DNA of 64,000 nt from Podarcis bocagei. Taxonomy: Eukaryota. The first letter of the stretch is position 1, and each line of letters opens with the position of its first letter. The position numbers and the translations under genes are program-made. The DNA lies in NCBI GenBank assembly GCA_964188305.1, contig OZ076885.1; one strand, given 5' to 3'. A model generated the notes under the pieces. The model saw nothing but the letters and a program-made list of their open reading frames with translations, did not search any database and had not been told where the DNA came from. Positions 58,801 through 64,000 of the stretch are shown piece by piece.

Positions 58801-61800
58801 CCTGGATGAATCAGGTTTTCTGCGGATTAATGTTTGCTCCAATTCAGTGCTAAAGAACCAAGTTTTCCTGGGCAAATGGAAAATTGCTCAGACCTGTGCT
58901 TTATAGGCAGGGAAGTGTAGACAAGCCCTGGGTGAAGTCCCACTGATTCCAATGGGAACTGGGCTTGTCTGTCTTGTTCTGGATCCAGCCCATCAAATGT
59001 TAGTGTTGAAAAGAGGCCATCTCATCAAGGTCCCCAGCTCAACCCAAGAACCTTACAATGCAGAATCTACTAACTGGCATACTTGGCAGTTCAGCCTTTG
59101 TTTCACTACCCCAAGTGCAGGAGAGTCCACCCACCCCTGTCCCCCACAAAGGAAGGCTCTTCTCATATAGGGGGAGCACAGTGAACATTAGCAGACACCC
59201 CAGGGACATCTGTGGTAAATCTCCTCTGTGGGAAACCAAAGAAGTGTTGGGGGGAGTTTAGTCATAGCAGGTGACTCAGGACTCAGATGGGGGTCGTGAT
59301 GGGTGTAATTAAGGAAGTGCCAAGTGGAATGAGTTTGGTAGGTTTCCACAAAGGAGGCGCACAGGCTGTTCTGCGTGCAGGGATATCAGCAGGGGCGATT
59401 CCCTGGGAAGCAGCAAGACCTGGCGAGAGCAACACCGCAGGGTTGCAGCCTCTTCTTTCTCCTTTTGCAGGTATGCCATGAAATGTCTGGATAAGAAGCG
59501 CATTAAGATGAAGCAGGGGGAGACATTGGCCCTGAACGAGCGCATCATGCTCTCGCTTGTCAGCACCGGGGTGAGTCTGGCTACATTGAGCAGTTGGGGG
59601 TTGGGAGGCAGAGAGTAGGCAAGACCCGGAGTCTGCCCAGTCCAACAGGGAGGGGAAAGAGATCTGTCAAGTGGGCAGATGCGAATGCTTGGGCTCCTGT
59701 ATTGTGCTTGCAATCAAAGCTATGATAATGCCGGTATAGACATGGCAGGTATTTTGAAGCACACACTGGTAATTAAAGGCAGGGGGGAGGGATGACGGTG
59801 ATGAAGTGTGCTGGAGGTGGCATTGAGCATGTGGCTGGGAGTGTGATGCCTGCAGTAAACTAGCAGCAGGGCTGGGATGTGTGTAGGCAGCGCAGCGAAT
59901 TATTATGCGCAGAGAAGGGGAGGGGAGGCAGTTCAATGTGCGCAACGGCAGGAGGAGGGCAGGAGGGGAAGAGAGAGGGGCAGGGCGGGGGCTCCCTGCG
60001 CAAGGGGCATGGGGGAACACAGGAGACCACCATAGGGGTTTGTGACAAGTTTGCGTGGGTGGGGGAGGTGGGGCAAAGGAGCCGACAGGCGACGTGACGG
60101 CTGTGTAGGAGTCGGTGCAAAACCCACGGCAGAAAATGGGGGGCGGGAGCGAGGGGTTAATGGAAGAGCTGGCAGAGGGAAGGAGGCAGTGGCGACGTGT
60201 GAGGCAAGAGGCCGAGGGCCCTGTTGAGCAATCAGTTCCCCCACGGTTATCAGATGCAAGCGTGCTCCTGTGTGTAGGGGAACTGTGGTAGGAAGCATGC
60301 ATGTGCGAGGCATGATTCTGAGAGCGCAGAAGGGAAACGTGGAGCTTTCAGGAAGGCCTGTGGATTCCAGGTGTGAGCAGAACGTAGAGCGAGGGAACTC
60401 GTTCATGCACATGTGCATGCAGACTTGGTGATTCATTTATGTATTTTCCCCCCTCTCTTTTTTCCCTGCTGTGACTTGGTTCCTCGTGTCTCTGCCAGGA
60501 TTGCCCCTTCATCGTGTGCATGTCGTATGCCTTCCAAACACCTGACAAGCTCAGCTTCATCCTGGACCTCATGAATGGTGAGAGCCAGAACCCGGCCTGT
60601 AGAGAGCCTCTGCCTCCCCCCCCTCCCCTCCCCTCACATGCTTCTCTAAGGGATCCACACACAGACGCGTCCCTGCCTCACCACTACTCCCCTCTGCCGA
60701 TACTCAGGTTGTGTGCCTCACATGGCTGTCTGCTCCGTTTCCTGCAGGGGGTGACCTACATTACCACCTCTCCCAGCATGGGGTCTTCTCCGAGGCAGAG
60801 ATGCGCTTCTACGCAGCAGAGATCATCCTGGGGCTGGAACACATGCACAACCGCTTCGTGGTGTATCGCGACCTCAAGGTGAGCACACCCCCCCCCCCGA
60901 GTGCTGCATCGTTCAACATCCTTTATCTAGATGTTTGTATGTCGCCTGCCAGGGCTATGCAGCCCTTTTGAGGCAATGGGTGTCGTCAAACAATTAATTA
61001 ATTAATTGCAGCATTTATTCCTTGCCTTCCCTCCAAGGAGCTCTAGGGGGCTTACATGCTTCCTCCCCCCCCCCCCCCGCTCCCCATTTTACCCTCACAG
61101 CAACCCTGTGAGGTAGGAGAGAGAGAGAGACTGACTGGCCCAAGGTCACCCAGCAAGCTTCATGGCTGTGTGGGTTGGGATTTGAACTCCCCCCCCCCCA
61201 CCTTTTGACAACTATGCCAAGCCAAGCTACACCAGGTTAAAAGAATAAAATTCAAAGAAGTCTAAAAACCTGGTTTTAAAATGGAGAGAGAAAAACCTCA
61301 CCATAGGCTTCTCTTTCCACAAAGAGAGGCAATTTCTGCCTTCAGCGTGGGGTCCCTCGGTGTTGCACCTGTACCCACTGAAAAGAGAGTTCTCTAGTGC
61401 ACTCTGACTTCATGGCAACTGCCTCTTACCCAGAGCCGTGCTTCCTCCTCCGCCGCCTTAGAAGCCAGTGCTGTGCTGTGTGCCATGAGTCGTTCAGGGT
61501 GGCAGCATTCCTCACTGGGGAATATCGGGATCTCAAGTTCTAACATCTATTTCAGAAAATGTGAGGCTTGAAAGTGTTTTTTATTTTACTGAAGGAGATT
61601 GTTGCCTTGATGGAAGTGCACTCCCACTCAAAATGCCTTGGGATTTGGTACTGTGGGTTATCAAAGCTACTTTTGACAACCCACTCGTCACCGTTGCAGG
61701 GCGGGATCTTGCAAGGTTGCTTGTCTTTTCCGTATCATGACCTCACTATGCCGCTCTTCAAAATTAAGCATACCCGCTGTAGGAATTGCTCCCTCTGTTT

Positions 61801-63303
61801 CATCGGTGCTGCTTCAGAGGCCCAGGCCAAAGGATGAAGGAGGAGGGTTTATTCTCTCCCCTACTTTCCCCAGCAAATCCTCTCTTCCCCCTAGCTGCCA
61901 TTCATTGCTGCTCTTGTTCCCCCTGCAGCCAGCCAACATCTTGCTAGATGAGTTTGGCCATGTGCGCATCTCGGATCTGGGGCTCGCCTGTGATTTCTCC
62001 AAGAAGAAGCCTCATGCCAGCGTGTGAGTATCAGACAGGAATCTAATCCTCGGCCAGCAGCTCCGTTCTCTGTATCTCGACCTAAAACTGCTCCTGTCCA
62101 AGGGTCTTGATAAATGTCAGGACACCTTTTCCCCTTCTCCCTCAGCTGCAGGGTGAGCTACTGGAAGTTCCTCCACTGTTGCTTCCTCTAGCTTTTTATA
62201 GGTGTTAATTCCTGTATTATCTGGGGATCACAATATCACTTGTTCAACATCCACTCATTGGGACATTTGCCCTAAGGCCTCTGTCCAGTAATGGAGACCC
62301 AAAATATGGACCACAAAACTGGAACCTACAGATTACAGGCCTCAGATTCCGGTAGTGGATTCATCTGCAAAGGGGCTTTCTGATTCTGGGGTGTGTGAGA
62401 TAGAACGAGCTAGTTCAGTCCCAATGCCCAGCTTGCACAGGAGCGAATGTCTTTATGTGATCACTTGTTCTTGGGAGATGCCGGTGTTGCAAGGAAAATG
62501 GCCCCTCTCTAACTTTTTCTGCTTGGAACCATTCGTATTTTGTGGGGAGACAATTCCTACAGGCCACAACTGTGGTTTAAAGGGGCATTGTAAGGAGGAA
62601 TTAGTATCTGCCTCCATTTGCAAGCACATGCGTACCCAGATTCATAAGCGAATGCTTCTCCCACGTGAATGTGTGTATTTCGTAAGTGTACATAGATCTA
62701 TTTGCCACTGGCCTGGGTGTTTATTTTTCCTGTATGTTTATTTTTCGAAAAGGATTCCTTACCCACTGACCTGTCCCTGCTGAGCCGCCCCCCCCCTCCC
62801 GACAGGTGCTGTGCTGTCTTTTGTAACTCTCAGTTTCCCTCCACCCCTGCAGTGGCACACATGGGTACATGGCGCCAGAGGTGCTGCAGAAGGGCGTTGC
62901 CTATGACAGCAGTGCTGACTGGTTCTCTCTAGGCTGCATGCTCTTCAAACTACTGAGGGGGTAAGTGGGGGAGAGCCAAGGTGGAGAAGAGTTTGCAGGG
63001 ATGGGGATGGGAAGGAGGCCTAGCTGGCAGAGGGAGCCGTGGTTGAATTCAGAGGGTGCTGGGTTGGATTGATTGCAATGGGAATGGCAAGAATTGGGGG
63101 GAAAACGCCCTGAGATCTACAGGTATTGGGCGCTATACAAATTTAATTAATTAATTATAATAATAATAAAGAAGTGTTAGGGGGTGCCTGTGAGGCCTGA
63201 GTCTCCTTCTGACGCTCTCCTGGCTCTTCTTCTCAGGCATAGCCCCTTTCGGCAACACAAGACTAAAGACAAGCATGAGATCGACCGCATGACGCTCACT
63301 ATG
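38617..63303 (+). CDS. GRK2: G protein-coupled receptor kinase 2 (beta-adrenergic receptor kinase 1), exons 1-14, 3' part outside window
   Basis: [21 protein letters not shown]..., RH domain, GRGGFGEV P-loop, AMK (K220), [20 protein letters not shown]. Exon sizes 113,77,74,102,75,62,52,92,100,79,131,95,108,67 sum to 409 codons. Synteny with KDM2A favours GRK2 over GRK3. Confidence 0.96.
41758..41886. mobile_element. Hairpin hAT MITE
   Basis: Same family core (ccagatgttg..cccatc..gggagttgtagtcc..catctggag); TSD ttctaaag/ttgtaaag. Confidence 0.7.
45725..45860. mobile_element. Hairpin hAT MITE
   Basis: TIRs CAGTGTTTCTCA.ACTTGGG / CCCAAGTTTGAGAGACACTG; core shared with 33483-33618. Confidence 0.8.
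46795..46856. repeat. Compound (CT)n(GT)n microsatellite
   Basis: Directly visible. Confidence 0.95.
47846..47922 (+). CDS. GRK2: GRK2 exon 2
   Basis: [26 protein letters not shown]|gtgagt. Confidence 0.96.
51524..51938. mobile_element. Tigger-like Tc1/mariner MITE
   Basis: TIRs CAGTGGTGCCTCGCAAGACGAA / TTCGTCTTGCGGGGCACCACTG, TA on both sides, CpGs retained (young). Confidence 0.92.
52308..52381 (+). CDS. GRK2: GRK2 exon 3
   Basis: [24 protein letters not shown]|gtgagg. Confidence 0.96.
53439..53540 (+). CDS. GRK2: GRK2 exon 4
   Basis: [34 protein letters not shown]|gtgagt. Confidence 0.96.
55513..55753. mobile_element. Tigger-like Tc1/mariner MITE
   Basis: TIRs CAGTGATATCTTGGTTTA / TAAATCAAGGTACCACTG, TA on both sides. 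Confidence 0.8.
56023..56097 (+). CDS. GRK2: GRK2 exon 5
   Basis: [25 protein letters not shown]|gtaaat. Confidence 0.96.
56483..56544 (+). CDS. GRK2: GRK2 exon 6
   Basis: [22 protein letters not shown]|gtgagt. Confidence 0.96.
57120..57171 (+). CDS. GRK2: GRK2 exon 7
   Basis: [17 protein letters not shown]|gtgagt. Confidence 0.96.
57838..57929 (+). CDS. GRK2: GRK2 exon 8 (kinase P-loop)
   Basis: [32 protein letters not shown]|gtaacg. Confidence 0.96.
58716..58928. mobile_element. Palindromic MITE, probably PIF/Harbinger-like
   Basis: Ends GGGCTCATCCAGACTT / AAGTGTAGACAAGCCC; internal inverted arms CCCAGGAAAAC..CTGAATTGGAGCAAAC / GTTTGCTCCAATTCAG..GTTTTCCTGGG. Confidence 0.6.
59471..59570 (+). 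CDS. GRK2: GRK2 exon 9 (catalytic lysine)
   Basis: [33 protein letters not shown]|gtgagt. Confidence 0.97.
60499..60577 (+). CDS. GRK2: GRK2 exon 10
   Basis: [27 protein letters not shown]|gtgaga. Confidence 0.96.
60748..60878 (+). CDS. GRK2: GRK2 exon 11 (catalytic loop)
   Basis: [43 protein letters not shown]|gtgagc. Confidence 0.97.
61010..61190 (-). mobile_element. MIR/CORE-like SINE
   Basis: cctcacagcaaccctgtgaggtagg..gactggcccaaggtcacccagc..gggatttgaac core. Confidence 0.65.
61929..62023 (+). CDS. GRK2: GRK2 exon 12 (DLG motif)
   Basis: [33 protein letters not shown]|gtgagt. Confidence 0.97.
62853..62960 (+). CDS. GRK2: GRK2 exon 13
   Basis: [37 protein letters not shown]|gtaagt. 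Confidence 0.97.
63237..63303 (+). CDS. GRK2: GRK2 exon 14
   Basis: [22 protein letters not shown]|gtaagg. Confidence 0.96.
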
Positions 63304-64000
63304 GTAAGGAAATGTTGTCAAGCTCAGTCAGGGATCAGCCTGGATCCCAAAGCTTCCAGGTGCTGAATTGTTCGCCTCTTGCCCCTCGGGTCTCCAAAAT
63401 TTCAGATCTTCCCTTTGCCAGTCATCAGAGTTATACCCACGCTTTGCAGAGCCTGGCTGACCTATACTACATGTCAACTTGCCAGTTTCATGTGGACTTA
63501 GTACATATTCCCAAATAGATTCAGCATTTTGACATGAGGTTTTTCCTGAGCTGAACCCCCATTATTCTCCCTCGAAGTCAAATATCCCTACACTTCAGAC
63601 CGGGTCCATTTCCGTGAGTTCCAGCACCCTCTGTTTGGTTAGCTGGGTGGCTCAGTGTGCGCATTTGTGTGAGGGAAGGAGGGAAATGGGTACGCAGAAT
63701 TAAATTTCCCACTATTACTGTAAGTTATGCTACTGCCTGAAGAACATGAATAGATCGGGGACCTTCTATTTTTAGCACCGCACAGACAAATCACAAAGAA
63801 ATTCCCTTCCCTAGGGAACGTGCAGAGACTGTAAGCAGATGCAGTTTGGTTGAACTCAACAATTACTGTTTGGCAAGGCAAGCAGCACAACTCTTGCCAA
63901 GGTGTCAGGCTGCTAAGCAGTGTCAGGCAAAGGTGCCATTAGAAATTTCTGGGCTGGGCATAAAAATGCTTTGTGCCAGTCCGGGGTGCGGCTGTCGGGA

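Noticed and set aside
59461-59477. CAG|GTATG at the start of GRK2 exon 9, as a recursive splice site
   Set aside because: Explained by coding constraint (M-Y codons), and the introns are short
59667-60436. 211 aa and 167 aa ORFs on the - strand
   Set aside because: Pro/Ser-rich translations of a C-rich strand inside a GRK2 intron; no homology recognised
38617-63303. Alternative assignment as GRK3
   Set aside because: Adjacency to KDM2A, compact introns and residues such as CMSYAF/KLSFILD fit GRK2

Overview
Vertebrate genomic DNA. The repeat content (BovB tails, CR1/L2 ends, Penelope remnants, many Tc1/mariner and hAT MITEs) points to a squamate, probably a lacertid lizard; this is an inference. 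Two + strand genes lie in the conserved amniote order KDM2A-GRK2. KDM2A/FBXL11 is present as its 3' two-thirds: 12 coding exons from 1 to the stop at 19647 (end of JmjC region, CXXC, PHD, F-box, LRRs), with a 3'UTR to about 22.0-22.2 kb. GRK2/ADRBK1 is present as coding exons 1-14 (ATG 38617, codons 1-409, RH domain and most of the kinase domain) and runs off the window. All exon boundaries were read by hand as GT-AG and their phases join correctly. The most interesting unexplained structure is inside KDM2A introns. One intron holds a CpG-island promoter for the demethylase-dead short form, flanked by a candidate frameshifting poison exon (3618-3651) and a candidate in-frame 36-nt microexon carrying an ATG (6975-7010). 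A candidate in-frame 225-nt cassette exon lies after the PHD (9467-9691). The intergenic region holds a Penelope-derived palindrome with a minimal hammerhead-ribozyme fold, a 3x99-bp tandem repeat and an AP-1 site cluster. Nothing prokaryotic is present, and none of the candidate exons is proven without transcript data.
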